A stretch of DNA of 64,000 nt from Candidatus Multivoradales bacterium (GCA_965248055.1 CBDFIJ010000004.1:768001-832000); one strand, 5' to 3'; shown: positions 9,049-22,264, counted from the first letter of the stretch. Notes: generated by a model not told the origin, from the sequence alone. A program made the numbers and translations.

Positions 9049-9744
9049 TCATGAATCATTCGGGCTATCCTCCCAGCCGTGACGGCCGATCAAGGGGACA
9101 AACGCCACCGGTTCGCCCGCCTGGCGCGCCACTCCTTCGTGGGTTTTGTCGTAAACCGTCAGCCGCTGCATTTCTCGATTACCCTCTGGCACCACCAAGC
9201 GTCCACCTTCGGCCAACTGGGTGAGTAAGGCAGAAGGCACTTTTGGCGCTCCTGCGGTAACCATGATGCGATCGAAAGGAGCCATCTCGCTCCAGCCAAC
9301 CGTACCGTCAAAGACATGAACCTTGACGTTGTCGACTCCCAGACTACGCAAACGGGCAACCGCATCTCGCCCCAAGTCGGGAATCCGCTCCAGGCTAAAT
9401 ACCCGTCGGGCGAGCCGCGCCAAGATCGCGGTCTGATATCCCGAGCCAGTACCGATCTCTAACACTGAATCCTCGTCTCCAACCCGCAGCAATTCGGTCA
9501 TTCGGGCGACCACATAGGGTTGCGAAATGGTCTGGTCATTGCCGATCGGTAGCGCTGCATCCCGATAGGCCTGGGTCTCCAAGTGTGACGGGACGAAGAC
9601 TTCCCTGGGCACGGCGGCCATTGCTTCCAAAACCCGTTGGTTGGCGATTCCTTTGCACTCCAGCAAGCGAATCATGCGGTCGCGGCGAAGATTCCTGGGA
9701 GCGTTATTCACGGCCCTCTCCCTGGGTTTCTCGATCTTCTCCAC
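9049..9744 (-). CDS. pcm: Protein-L-isoaspartate O-methyltransferase (true start may be GTG near 9711)
   Basis: QTISQPY, VLEIGTGSGYQ, APFDRIMVTAG; follows surE. Confidence 0.96.
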   Translation of the reverse strand: MEKIEKPRERAVNNAPRNLRRDRMIRLLECKGIANQRVLEAMAAVPREVFVPSHLETQAYRDAALPIGNDQTISQPYVVARMTELLRVGDEDSVLEIGTGSGYQTAILARLARRVFSLERIPDLGRDAVARLRSLGVDNVKVHVFDGTVGWSEMAPFDRIMVTAGAPKVPSALLTQLAEGGRLVVPEGNREMQRLTVYDKTHEGVARQAGEPVAFVPLIGRHGWEDSPNDS

Positions 9745-10504
9745 TCTGGCCCAGCTTCGCCGTCAACTCGCTCAAGCGCGGGTCTCCGGCAAGCCTTCGG
9801 TAGTCCGTCAGGTCCAAATGAAGCGGAGTGATCGAAACCTCGCCAGCCAAGATCGCCGCGTGGTCGGTGCCCTCTTCGTCTTGCCACTCTGGAGTGCCGG
9901 AAATCCAGAAATAGCGCCGGCCTCGCGGATCCGATTTCTCCGAAATCACCTGCTCGTAGGTGCGCGTGCCCAATCGCGTGAGCGACGCTTCTGTGAAGTC
10001 GCGCGCTGGAAAATTAACGTTGAGCAGTACTTTCGGCGCCACCTCTTGGCATAAGACCTCTTGCACCAGACGTCGAGCGAAGCGCGCAGCTCGACCTCGA
10101 TCGGCCTCTTGATCCCGCTGAGAGAAGGCAATCGAAGGAATTCCCAGCAACGAGCCTTCAAAGGTGGCACTGACGGTCCCGGAGTAGGTAACGTCATCAC
10201 CCAGGTTCAACCCATGATTGATGCCCGAAAGCACCAAATCCGGTGGGTTGTCTTTCATCAACCACAACACCGCGAGGTTGACGCAATCGGTGGGAGTACC
10301 GTCGACGCTGTAGACACCCTCCTCCAGCATCTCCAAACGCAGCGGTCGGTGCAGTGTCAAAGCGTGCCCGGAGGCGCTCTGCTCGCGATCTGGAGCAACC
10401 ACCGTCACTTCGGCAATCTGTTCCATCTCCTTGGCCAGCTCGCGCAAGCCTGGAGCCAGAACCCCATCGTCGTTGGTCAGCAGTAGTCGCGGTCGCGTCG
10501 TCAC
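9704..10504 (-). CDS. surE: 5'/3'-nucleotidase SurE
   Basis: LLTNDDG, GTPTDCV, SGIN.G.NLG, YSGTV. Confidence 0.97.
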   Translation of the reverse strand: MTTRPRLLLTNDDGVLAPGLRELAKEMEQIAEVTVVAPDREQSASGHALTLHRPLRLEMLEEGVYSVDGTPTDCVNLAVLWLMKDNPPDLVLSGINHGLNLGDDVTYSGTVSATFEGSLLGIPSIAFSQRDQEADRGRAARFARRLVQEVLCQEVAPKVLLNVNFPARDFTEASLTRLGTRTYEQVISEKSDPRGRRYFWISGTPEWQDEEGTDHAAILAGEVSITPLHLDLTDYRRLAGDPRLSELTAKLGQSGEDRETQGEGRE

Positions 10505-10531
10505 GCTGTCGAATCCTTCTGGTCGCCCGCT

Positions 10532-11401
10532 CTAGTCAGCCAGGTAAGGGGCGAGCAAGGGCCGCAACGCTTCGATCGTGCTATCGGGCACCAAAGACAA
10601 GTCGGTGACCAACGATTGGCCCAAGACTCCCTGGTAAGGACTGGCCTGATCTTCGGCAATCCGCGCCAGAATTTCGGCCAACGAGCACTGAGCCGTTTTG
10701 ACATTTTCTTGGATCACTTCCATCACCGCGACGCCGCTGACGTCATCTTCTTCCTCGTGCCAGCAGTCGTAGTCGGTGACCATCGCCAAGGTGGCGTAGC
10801 TCATCTCCGCTTCGCGAGCCAGCTTGGCCTCTTGGAGGTTGGTCATGCCGATGATGTCCATACCCCACGAGCGATAGACGTTCGATTCAGCGCGAGTGGA
10901 AAACTGCGGGCCTTCCATGTTGACGTAGGTTCCGCCCTCGTGCACCGTTGCTCCTGCAGCCCGCGCACCTTCGACCAATACCGACGCCAGCGTCGGGCAG
11001 ACCGGCTCGGCGATCGAGACATGGGCAACCAGGCCGTCACCAAAAAAGGTATCCACACGGTGACGGGTGCGGTCATAGAACTGGTGTGGCACCACGATTT
11101 CCGTTGGTTTGTACTCCATTTGTAGCGATCCGACCGCGGACACCGAAACAATCCACTCCACTCCTAGGCTCTTGAGGCCCCAAATGTTGGCGCGAAAGTT
11201 CAATTCCGACGGCAAGATGCGATGGCCACGGCCATGTCGTGGCAGGAAAGCCACATCGCGTCCGCCAATTCGCCCAATAACGTAGGCATCCGAGGCATCT
11301 CCAAATGGAGTCTCAATCTGCCGTTCTTCCAAGACCTCGATCCCATCCATCTCATAGAGCCCGCTGCCACCAATCACACCAATCCTGATTTCTTCACTCA
11401 T
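10532..11401 (-). CDS. mtnP: S-methyl-5'-thioadenosine phosphorylase
   Basis: IGGSGLY, PRHGRGH, EGPQFSTRAES, VTDYDCW. Confidence 0.95.
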   Translation of the reverse strand: MSEEIRIGVIGGSGLYEMDGIEVLEERQIETPFGDASDAYVIGRIGGRDVAFLPRHGRGHRILPSELNFRANIWGLKSLGVEWIVSVSAVGSLQMEYKPTEIVVPHQFYDRTRHRVDTFFGDGLVAHVSIAEPVCPTLASVLVEGARAAGATVHEGGTYVNMEGPQFSTRAESNVYRSWGMDIIGMTNLQEAKLAREAEMSYATLAMVTDYDCWHEEEDDVSGVAVMEVIQENVKTAQCSLAEILARIAEDQASPYQGVLGQSLVTDLSLVPDSTIEALRPLLAPYLAD

Positions 11402-11439
11402 CTAACTTCCTCAATGGTTCGTTTTATTTCTTAGTTATT

Positions 11440-12393
11440 CTAGGTACGCGAAGCGATGGTCGCACTGATCGCCTCAGCGGTCTGCAATGCCACCAGCCCC
11501 TGCGCGCCGTTGACCTGCCGCGCGTTTTGACCACTGCAAGCGCCGACAAAAGCCTCGAGTTCATCGGCCAGCGGATTGGCACCCTCTTGGGTCACCACAG
11601 TTTCCACGATCTCTGGCTCCGCACCCTCTTTCTTGATGACCTCAAATTGATTCATCGTCATGCTTTCGAAGTCGAGGGCACAATAGAGTTGCGGGAAAAA
11701 GGCGCGAAGCCGTCGTTCTTTGCGCAGACTAACGCGGGAAGCGGTCAAGTTGGCGACCATTCCCGAACCGAACTCCAGTCTGACATTGGCGATGTCGACC
11801 TTGTCCGACAACGCCGCAGTACCCACCGCACGGATTTCCACCACCGGCGTGTCGTCCAATTCGTGTAGCAACTGCAAATCGTGGATCATCACATCGGCGA
11901 TAACGTCGATGTCCAGGCTGCGCTTGGTGAATCCCGAACGGCGTTGGACCTCTACGTATCCAGGTGCTCGATTGAGGTTGAGCAAAGCCTGAGTTGCAGG
12001 GTTATAAAACTCTACGTGCCCCACCGCAACAATGCGATCGCCCGCAGCATCGAGCATCTTCTGAGCTTGTTTTGCGGTGCTGGCAATCGGTTTTTCGACC
12101 AACACATGGCAGTCATGGGCGAACGCGGTCTCGGCTATCTCCAGATGTTGCTGGGTCGGAGCGGCGATCACCAAGGCTTGACAATCTCGGGCCAACTCCT
12201 CGACGCTTGAAAACGAAGCCACTCCGTGCTCTGCGACGATGGTCCCGGCGACCGATGGATCTGCATCGAACACCCCCACCAAATGGGCACTTTCCAAGCC
12301 CTTGAGCAACCGCACATGGTGACGCCCCATGGAACCGGTACCGACGACGCCGATGGCTAGTGCTTCAGGCACCACGTTGCCCACTACGATCAC
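11440..12393 (-). CDS. Gfo/Idh/MocA oxidoreductase (GnnA-like, next to lpxA); start probably GTG near 12372
   Basis: GVVGTGSMG Rossmann motif, VEKP, VGHVE, D.MIHD. Confidence 0.88.
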   Translation of the reverse strand: MIVVGNVVPEALAIGVVGTGSMGRHHVRLLKGLESAHLVGVFDADPSVAGTIVAEHGVASFSSVEELARDCQALVIAAPTQQHLEIAETAFAHDCHVLVEKPIASTAKQAQKMLDAAGDRIVAVGHVEFYNPATQALLNLNRAPGYVEVQRRSGFTKRSLDIDVIADVMIHDLQLLHELDDTPVVEIRAVGTAALSDKVDIANVRLEFGSGMVANLTASRVSLRKERRLRAFFPQLYCALDFESMTMNQFEVIKKEGAEPEIVETVVTQEGANPLADELEAFVGACSGQNARQVNGAQGLVALQTAEAISATIASRT

Positions 12394-13182
12394 TGTCCGG
12401 CAACTTACGGATCACGCCCTTCTTGCTGTTGGTTATAAAGCCGACCCAATTCTTGGCGTCCTCATCTTCGGATAACTAGCCACAATCTTTTCTACCGCTT
12501 GGCTGGTGTTGAGACCACTTCTGACCAGGATACGAAACAGATCATCTAGCACCTTTATCCGCTCGCGGGCAAACCCTTTGCGCCGCAGACCCACCCGGTT
12601 GATGCCATAGACCTTGGGGGTTCCGCCCACCGTTTTGACAAACGGCAAGGCGTCCCGTGTGACCACGGTAAAGCCACCCAGGTAGGCGTGCTGCCCGACA
12701 CGGCAAAACTGATGCACCGCGCTAAACGCACCGATCGTCACGTGATCGGCAATTTCCACATGACCGGCAAGCGTCGCATTGTTGATAAACACCGTCGAAT
12801 CGCCAATGTGGCAATCGTGAGCGATATGGGAATAGACCATAAACAAGTTGTCGCTGCCGATGGTGGTCAACCCCCCTCCAGCGCCGGTACCACGGTGCAC
12901 GGTACAAAATTCGCGAAACACGTTGCGGTCGCCGACTTCCAGCCGTACCTCTTCGGTACCAAACTTCAAGTCTTGGGGCTCAAAGCCAATCGCTGCATGC
13001 GGGTAGATGCGGTTTTCAACCCCGAGAACCGTCGGACCGCGCAACTGAGCACCGGCGCCGATCTCGCAATCTTGACCAATGACGACCTGCGGTCCAATCA
13101 CCGCGAAAGGGCCAACAGAAACACCGTTAGCGATCTGCGCGCGCGGATCCACCACCGCGGTTTCATGAATCAATCCGCTCAT
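12365..13182 (-). CDS. lpxA: UDP-N-acetylglucosamine acyltransferase; apparent 1-nt frameshift near 12471
   Basis: Hexapeptide repeats, PQDLKF, HIAHDC, HQFCRVG; the expected C-terminus (EDAKNWVGFITNSKKGVIR...) is in another frame after ASYP. Confidence 0.93.
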
Positions 13183-13190
13183 CGTGCTCC

Positions 13191-13637
13191 CTATCGCGGG
13201 ACCATCGCAGAGGTAATCGTGGCTTCGGCAGCGAGTTCTCCGTCGACTTTGGCAAGCGCGTGCAATTTGCAGTAGTCGCGGCGCAAACGGAGAACGTCCA
13301 CTTCGTAAACCAACCGGTCGCCAGGAAGAACCGGACGCCGGAAACGAGCCTTGTCAATCCCCGCGAAGTAAACCAACTGCTGGTCGCGATCCTCTCGATT
13401 GGAAAGAAGCAGGACACCGCCGGTCTGCGCTAGGCCCTCAATGATCAACACTCCCGGCATCACCGGAGCCCCGGGAAAATGACCGTTGAAGAAATCTTCA
13501 TTGATGGTCACATTCTTGTAGGCAACGATCCGTTTGTCTTCTTCCAGCTCGACTACCCGATCGACCAGAAGCATCGGGTAACGATGCGGAAGCACTTCAA
13601 GAATCCAGGAAATATCCCACTCTGGCTGGTCAGTCAT
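13191..13637 (-). CDS. fabZ: 3-hydroxyacyl-ACP dehydratase
   Basis: LPHRYPMLLVDRV, FFNGHFP, MPGVLIIE. Confidence 0.97.
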   Translation of the reverse strand: MTDQPEWDISWILEVLPHRYPMLLVDRVVELEEDKRIVAYKNVTINEDFFNGHFPGAPVMPGVLIIEGLAQTGGVLLLSNREDRDQQLVYFAGIDKARFRRPVLPGDRLVYEVDVLRLRRDYCKLHALAKVDGELAAEATITSAMVPR

Positions 13638-14685
13638 CTTCCGTTTGCGTTTCATCGTCCTGTTCTCGATTCATCAACTCTTCCAAGTCTCGCACCCTTC
13701 GTTCCAATTCGCCAAGACGACGCAACCGGACCGACTGTCGCTTCCACTCCATCAATGGAATACCCGGAACGCCACCCCACTTGGTCCCCGGTGCGGCGTC
13801 ATCGTACAACGCACATTTGGAGGCGATCTGGACATCATCACCGACCTTAAGGTGGCCGGAAACGCCAGCGTGTCCACCCATCACCACGCGGTCGCCCAGG
13901 GTCGCACTACCGGCGATCGCCGAACCAGCGACAATCATGTTGGCGCGCCCAACTTGGGCATTGTGCCCCACCTGAACCAAGTTGTCGATCTTGGTCCCGG
14001 CGCCGATCACAGTATCTTCAAGAAGCGCACGATCAACCGTGGTGTTGGCCCCGATCTCGACATCGTCCTGCACTACAACCCGCCCCAAGTGCCTGATTTT
14101 CTGATGCCCTGAAGCATCGGACACATAACCGAACCCGTCTGCCCCAATCACCACCCCCGAATGAAGCTGTACTCGGTCCCCGATCCAACATTGATCATAG
14201 ACACTGACCATGGGAAACAACGTTGATTCAGCGCCAACCGTCACGTTCGCACCGATCGCGACCTGGCCAACCAGGCGACTACCTGGACCGATTCGTGCTC
14301 CATCGCCGATCACACACAGCGGTCCGATCATCGCCGTGGGGTCGATCAGCGCACTGTCAGCCACCACCGCACTCGGATCGACCCCAGGTTGCCAACTATC
14401 GGCAGGAGCGAGTCGCTCGAGAATCGTTGCCAGGGCGCGATGAGGATCGTCCACCACCACCTGATGCCAACTGGCCGCAGACTGCGCCGAGTCGATTTGC
14501 TTTGCCAACAGCAAAGCCCCCGCCCCGCTCACCTCCGCTTCTACCCGATAACGAGGATGGGCCAAGAAGGCCAGATCATGCGGCCCCGCAGCCACCAAGG
14601 ACCGCACCCGCTCGATCTCATACGAAGTATCCCCGATGACCTGACCGCCAACCCAAGAAGCGATGTCGCCGAGCGAGTAAGACAA
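13630..14685 (-). CDS. lpxD: UDP-3-O-acylglucosamine N-acyltransferase
   Basis: IGADGFGY, EIGANTTVDR, KIDNLVQVGHN. Confidence 0.96.
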   Translation of the reverse strand: MSYSLGDIASWVGGQVIGDTSYEIERVRSLVAAGPHDLAFLAHPRYRVEAEVSGAGALLLAKQIDSAQSAASWHQVVVDDPHRALATILERLAPADSWQPGVDPSAVVADSALIDPTAMIGPLCVIGDGARIGPGSRLVGQVAIGANVTVGAESTLFPMVSVYDQCWIGDRVQLHSGVVIGADGFGYVSDASGHQKIRHLGRVVVQDDVEIGANTTVDRALLEDTVIGAGTKIDNLVQVGHNAQVGRANMIVAGSAIAGSATLGDRVVMGGHAGVSGHLKVGDDVQIASKCALYDDAAPGTKWGGVPGIPLMEWKRQSVRLRRLGELERRVRDLEELMNREQDDETQTEDD

Positions 14686-14686
14686 A

Positions 14687-15340
14687 CTACCCCTCGGCGG
14701 GGGCCGTCGTCTCAGAGGCTTTCTGATTGTTGTAGCGCTCTACCACCAAGCCAGTGATATTGACCTGCTCGTGGGAGTAGACAACACCTCCATCGGTGAT
14801 GCTGAGGATCGCGGCAAACTGGTTCTCTTGTCCGATTTGGCGAATCAAAGGAACAATTTCCCGCTCGATGGTGCCAAAGCTTCTGGCCTGTGCCGTCTGT
14901 AGCTCTTGCTCCGCATCCTGAACGCTACGCCGATACGCGGTTGTGCCATCTTCTAGCTGTCTGTTGAGTTCATTCAAACGCTCCTGAGAGAGCGACAGAC
15001 GGCCTTCGGTAATCTGCGTCTGGAGTTGCTCCAGAGCTACACTTGCGGCTTCCAATGCGGCCGTCTTGGCCTCCTTCAAGGCTTCCATCTCTTGCATCGC
15101 TTGCTGACCAACGTTGGAGTCGCTAATCAAGCGGCGAACGTCAATCACGCCGATTTTGGTCGGCACCGCCGTCGCTTGCACTGCGGCGGTTTCTACTGCG
15201 TCCACGGGGGCAGTCGCCGATTCGGCGGTTGTCTCCTGTGCGGCTCCCGCTCCAGCGCCTACCCCACTCAACAAGAATACAGCCAGGACACTGACCTGGG
15301 TCAGGCCTGCATGCAAAAATTTCATCATTCGATTTCTCAT
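14687..15340 (-). CDS. skp: OmpH/Skp periplasmic chaperone
   Basis: Signal peptide, KIGVIDV, coiled coil, NITGLVVERYN; lies between bamA and lpxD. Confidence 0.88.
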   Translation of the reverse strand: MRNRMMKFLHAGLTQVSVLAVFLLSGVGAGAGAAQETTAESATAPVDAVETAAVQATAVPTKIGVIDVRRLISDSNVGQQAMQEMEALKEAKTAALEAASVALEQLQTQITEGRLSLSQERLNELNRQLEDGTTAYRRSVQDAEQELQTAQARSFGTIEREIVPLIRQIGQENQFAAILSITDGGVVYSHEQVNITGLVVERYNNQKASETTAPAEG

Positions 15341-15353
15341 CAACAATCTTCTC

Positions 15354-17792
15354 CTAAAACGTTGTGCTAATGGTGAACTGAAAGTCATCAAAACGGTCAC
15401 CCGGTATCAGGATCCCGGTTCCGGCTTCATTAAGTACTGTTTCAATCGGGTCTAAGTTCCGCGCCCAGATAAAACGTAGCGGCGCACCAAACAAGGGCAC
15501 CGTCAAACGGAATTCCAAACCAGCGGAGTAACGTAGGTTACTGAAGTCCCAATCTTGGTCATCGAAAAAGACGTTGCCACCGTCGGCGAACAGCAACACC
15601 CGAAACGACTCGTTGGGCACAAAATGGTATTCCAAATTGGCGAAAAATCTCTTGTCTCCACCGAGAAAAAGAGTGGTGAAGTCGTCAGTGAAAGCGCTGT
15701 TGTCTTCCTGGCGTGGGTAGAGCGAACGGCTACGAAAGCCTCGGATCGTGGTCTCGCCTCCGGTATAGAAACGATCAAATATAAACAGGCTCGACGCGCC
15801 AAAAGGATCGATCTGGGCCGCCTCAACATTGACCGCAAGCACCGTGGTCAGCGCTTTCTGGGTCACCGGCTTATAAAGAGTCCCCTTGACGATGGTACGC
15901 AGATAGTCAGAATCGCCGCCGAGCGCTCCACCCGCATAGTCAAGAACGGTCGAAAAGCGCGGGCCACGGGTCGGATTCAAACGACTGTTTCGCTTATCCC
16001 ACTGGTAGGTAAGCCGCAGAGAGGAAAGACTGCGGTCAAACGAGCGAGGGATTTCTTCACCGGTGAAGCGGTTGGTAACTACGCTGTTGTCAATCGTCGA
16101 AAACAACGAATAGGTAGTCCCCAAACTGCTGAACAAGGACAGATTCCGCGAATAGCTCACCGAGCCGCCTTGCTGTTCCTGCAAGATCCGTTGGCCTTGA
16201 ATCAAGTCGAAATCGGTGTTGCGAACGAACAGGTTGATTCCCAAGTTCTGCGGTCGGTCCAAGAACCAAGGGATGCCATAGGAGAATTCATAGCGATCTC
16301 CGAATCGTCCGTTTTGTAGATTCATGGTCAGGGTCTCACCGCGGCCCAAGAAGTTGCGGGTGGTGAACATGAACTGACCGAAGAATCCCTCAAACTCGGA
16401 GAACCCGGCACCAAACTGCAATTCCGTTCGATCACCCTCTTGACCGTGGACCACCAAGTCAACGACCTTCTCTTCGGTATCGGTTTCAATATCGACCGGA
16501 TTTTCCTCGTCGATCTTAAAGAACTCCAGCTGGCGCAAACGCAACAAACTGTTACGCAAAGCCCCGGCATTCATTACGTAGCCTTCTTGCACCGCCAGTT
16601 CACGCCGCAACACCTTGTCGCGGGTACTGACATTGCCTTCGATCTCTAGGCTACGCACCCGGTACTGGTCGCCTTCGTCGATATGAAAGATCAAGTCGGC
16701 AATGTACTCCTGTTCATCGCGTTCTCGCACCTCTGGGCTGATGGTTGAGAACAAGAAGCCGGTGTTGCTATACACCTCTTCAATCCCTTCTTTGCCTTCG
16801 TCGATCACCTTGGAACGCAACCAACCACCCCGAGGCTCGGGAACCAAACTGAGTAGGAACTCGGTGGTAAATGTGTCGTTGCCCTCGACCTCAACGTTGC
16901 CCAGGCTCCAGCGGCCCCCTTCTTGCACTGGGACTGTCAGGAAAAGTCGTCGTTTACCCTCTTCTCCGCCCCCCTGTGCGCGAATCTCGTCCTCTGGTTC
17001 GCCCAACACAACGTCCTTGTAGCCCCGCTCTCGGTAGGCGTCGCCAACCGACTTGAGGTCTTCAGCCAAAGTCGCCTCGCCATAGACGTCACGCTTGCGC
17101 AACTTGGTCCAAAAGTTACTCTTCTTGGTTTTCTTCATCGATCCGCGCAACGCACGATCCCCAAGGATGGTGTTGCCATCGAAGGTCACTCCGCCGATGC
17201 GCACCTTGTCCCCTTCATCGATGGTGAATACAACCTTCTGTTCTCCGTTCTCGGTCGCGAACAGTTCATAACTCACGTCCGCCAAGCGAAAGCCCTTCTC
17301 CGAATAAAGACCCTCAATCGCTGCCCCGAGACGATAGAGCTCACCCAGGTCGAGAGTGTCGCCCTCTTGTAGGCGAATCCGCTTGCGCGCGATCAGGTCC
17401 AAAATATCCGAGCTGGTGACCCGCTTGAGTCCGTCGTATTCCAATTCGGAGATCAACGGCCGCTCCTGGATTGAAAAGGTCACACTGACGCCACCGGCAA
17501 CCGCTTCTGCGCGAACGGAAATATCGTCGATCAACCCCCGTTCCCACAGCTTGTGCATCTGATCGTTGATGCCCTGGGTGCTGTAGGGGCTCCCAACCTC
17601 AAGCTCCAAATAGAACAACATGGTCGATTCCGGCAGTGCACGCAGGCCTTCGAAGTGCACCTCCTGAATCGGCAGTCCTTCCAGGTTGACGGGTTGCAAT
17701 AGGGGCTGAGCAACAATTGGCACCGCCGCCAAGCCCAGAACTACCCAAGTGATTAAAACGGACCCAAACAGGATCTTTGCCATTGCTCGCAT
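15354..17792 (-). CDS. bamA: Outer membrane protein assembly factor BamA
   Basis: POTRA repeats (GNVSTRDKVLRRE), TIRGF motif, C-terminal Phe. Confidence 0.95.
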   Translation of the reverse strand: MRAMAKILFGSVLITWVVLGLAAVPIVAQPLLQPVNLEGLPIQEVHFEGLRALPESTMLFYLELEVGSPYSTQGINDQMHKLWERGLIDDISVRAEAVAGGVSVTFSIQERPLISELEYDGLKRVTSSDILDLIARKRIRLQEGDTLDLGELYRLGAAIEGLYSEKGFRLADVSYELFATENGEQKVVFTIDEGDKVRIGGVTFDGNTILGDRALRGSMKKTKKSNFWTKLRKRDVYGEATLAEDLKSVGDAYRERGYKDVVLGEPEDEIRAQGGGEEGKRRLFLTVPVQEGGRWSLGNVEVEGNDTFTTEFLLSLVPEPRGGWLRSKVIDEGKEGIEEVYSNTGFLFSTISPEVRERDEQEYIADLIFHIDEGDQYRVRSLEIEGNVSTRDKVLRRELAVQEGYVMNAGALRNSLLRLRQLEFFKIDEENPVDIETDTEEKVVDLVVHGQEGDRTELQFGAGFSEFEGFFGQFMFTTRNFLGRGETLTMNLQNGRFGDRYEFSYGIPWFLDRPQNLGINLFVRNTDFDLIQGQRILQEQQGGSVSYSRNLSLFSSLGTTYSLFSTIDNSVVTNRFTGEEIPRSFDRSLSSLRLTYQWDKRNSRLNPTRGPRFSTVLDYAGGALGGDSDYLRTIVKGTLYKPVTQKALTTVLAVNVEAAQIDPFGASSLFIFDRFYTGGETTIRGFRSRSLYPRQEDNSAFTDDFTTLFLGGDKRFFANLEYHFVPNESFRVLLFADGGNVFFDDQDWDFSNLRYSAGLEFRLTVPLFGAPLRFIWARNLDPIETVLNEAGTGILIPGDRFDDFQFTISTTF

Positions 17793-17927
17793 AGTTTTTC
17801 GATGGTTGGAGATTCGTTGAAAAATTGTTTTTCGATTGGTGGCCTATCCGAGCCACCGACCCAGAATGAGGTCTGTCGTCGAGCGCCCAATCAACCGAAG
17901 GACACCCGATGCAAAAACCGTGCTGAT

Positions 17928-20354
<2,427 letters not shown>

Positions 20355-20390
20355 AGCAGGTGTTCCAGATCGCCAAAAAACGCAATGAGA

Positions 20391-21089
20391 TCAGGCTAAA
20401 CGACCATCTCTCAAGGTCAAGACCCTACCACAGCGAGTGGCTATTTCTGGGTTGTGGGTGACCAAAATCAGGGTTGTTCCGTGCTCCCGTTGCAGGCCCA
20501 AAAGCAGCTCAATAACGGCTTCTCCTTGCTCTTCGTCCAAGCTTCCCGTGGGTTCGTCCGCCAGAATCAGCGAAGGGTTGTTGATCAACGCTCGACATAG
20601 TCCAACACGCTGCCGTTCGCCACCCGACAACTGGGCCGGAAAACGATCACCCAAGCCCGCCAATCCGACCGCCTCCAGCGCAATCAAGGCGAGCCTTTCG
20701 GCTTCTGGCCCTGCAACGCCCGAGATCCGGGCCGGAACCGCGACGTTCTCCACTGCGGTGAAATCGGGCAATAATTCCTGAAACTGAAAAACAAACCCAA
20801 CTTTGCGGTTGCGAAATTGAGCCAACTCCCGCGACGTAAGGTGCCCCAGATCCCGCCCAGCGATTTCGACCGTTCCTTGGTCATAGTGATCCAAAGCCCC
20901 GATCACATGGAGCAAAGTCGACTTGCCGGATCCGGAGGGCCCGACGATGGCCACCGACTCCCCAGGTTCGACCGCAAGATCGACACCTTGGAGGACCTCG
21001 GTGCGGACTTCGCCATCCTGATAACTCTTCGACACCTCCGCCAAGTAGACCAACGGCCTGATCGCCTCTGAACCCAGAGCGGCACTCAT
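20391..21089 (-). CDS. lolD: Lipoprotein-releasing ABC transporter ATP-binding subunit
   Basis: GPSGSGKS, LSGGERQR, ADEPTG, VTH; ATG 21089 overlaps the permease stop. Confidence 0.85.
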   Translation of the reverse strand: MSAALGSEAIRPLVYLAEVSKSYQDGEVRTEVLQGVDLAVEPGESVAIVGPSGSGKSTLLHVIGALDHYDQGTVEIAGRDLGHLTSRELAQFRNRKVGFVFQFQELLPDFTAVENVAVPARISGVAGPEAERLALIALEAVGLAGLGDRFPAQLSGGERQRVGLCRALINNPSLILADEPTGSLDEEQGEAVIELLLGLQREHGTTLILVTHNPEIATRCGRVLTLRDGRLA

Positions 21090-22264
21090 CGTCGCAACGC
21101 CTCGACCGGAGAAGCCTCGGCTGAACCCCGCGTGGCGACCCAGCACACTGCCCACGCCAAAACCAACGAGCTGACCGCGATCAAGCCGACGTCCAGGGGC
21201 CGTACGACAAACGGAATGTGGTCCAAGGTATAACCGTCGCTGGGAAGACGAATCCAGCCGGTCCGGTCGAGAACCCATGCCAACAGCAAGCCGACCACCA
21301 AACCACCCATCGCTCCTCCAGCGGCGATCGCCAAGCCGAATCGTTGAAACGCGCGCCGGATTTCCTTCTGGGGAGCTCCCAGTGCCTGCAAGATGCCAAT
21401 CTCCCGGCGGCGATCCGTCACCAACATATAGAGATCTGCAACCAGGGCTAGAACCGCCACCAAGACGATCAAGAAAACCGCAAAGAACACCAGCACCTTC
21501 TCCAGACGCAAGGCGAACCACAGTCCTGGTTGCAAAGATTCCCAGCCATACACCGTGACACCAGGTATCTCTTCGAGGGCCGAGCGAATACGCCCCGGCA
21601 ATCGATGGTCTTCGATGGTACTCGCGGCAACTGCCAGCTCGACGCCTTCAGATCGACCGAGAAGTCGCTGAGCGTTCTCCAAGTTGAGATAAACCGTCGC
21701 TTCGGAGAGAACCGCCGTTGTCCCCTCGACACGCATCCGAGCGATCATTGGCTCCGGCCCCAGCGGGCCGATTCGAGATCGCGAAGTTGCCAATTCCAGC
21801 ACCTCACCGACTTCGCCCAAGACGCCGTTGGGACGACTCACGCGCACTAATCCAAGCGCTGGGGGGGCTCCGTCGTTCCCCACTGCCGCAGCGCGAGGCA
21901 GCCAGCCCGAATAACCGACGATCTTCACCGGTCTCAATGAGGGGCCTGAGATCAGCCAACCGTTCCCTTCCACGACCCTGGCGATGCTGTTATCTCCGAC
22001 CAACGGTTGCAACGCCTGACGGACCTCTGCCTCTCGCTCAAGATTCCGGATCTCAATACGGGCCGAATCCGCGTCTTGAAGTGCCTCTTGCCGGATCGCG
22101 TCCTGCAGCCCGGTCATCGCCGACAGCGCCAAGATCAAAGCAGCAACGCCGAGCGCGATCCCCAAACCTGCAGCCCAGGAAAGAAAGCGGACAAATGAAT
22201 CCCTGCGCCCAGTGCGCAGATAGCGACCGGCGATCCAGGACGGCCAATTCGATGTTTTCAACAT
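21086..22264 (-). CDS. LolC/E-family ABC permease
   Basis: IAGRYLR...GIALGVAALIL, RREIGILQALGA (FtsX domain). Confidence 0.85.
   Translation of the reverse strand: MLKTSNWPSWIAGRYLRTGRRDSFVRFLSWAAGLGIALGVAALILALSAMTGLQDAIRQEALQDADSARIEIRNLEREAEVRQALQPLVGDNSIARVVEGNGWLISGPSLRPVKIVGYSGWLPRAAAVGNDGAPPALGLVRVSRPNGVLGEVGEVLELATSRSRIGPLGPEPMIARMRVEGTTAVLSEATVYLNLENAQRLLGRSEGVELAVAASTIEDHRLPGRIRSALEEIPGVTVYGWESLQPGLWFALRLEKVLVFFAVFLIVLVAVLALVADLYMLVTDRRREIGILQALGAPQKEIRRAFQRFGLAIAAGGAMGGLVVGLLLAWVLDRTGWIRLPSDGYTLDHIPFVVRPLDVGLIAVSSLVLAWAVCWVATRGSAEASPVEALRR

Noticed and set aside
21090-21521. N-terminal extension of lolD in the ORF track (376 aa)
   Set aside because: It overlaps the permease gene; ATG 21089 with ATGA coupling gives a normal-size ATPase.
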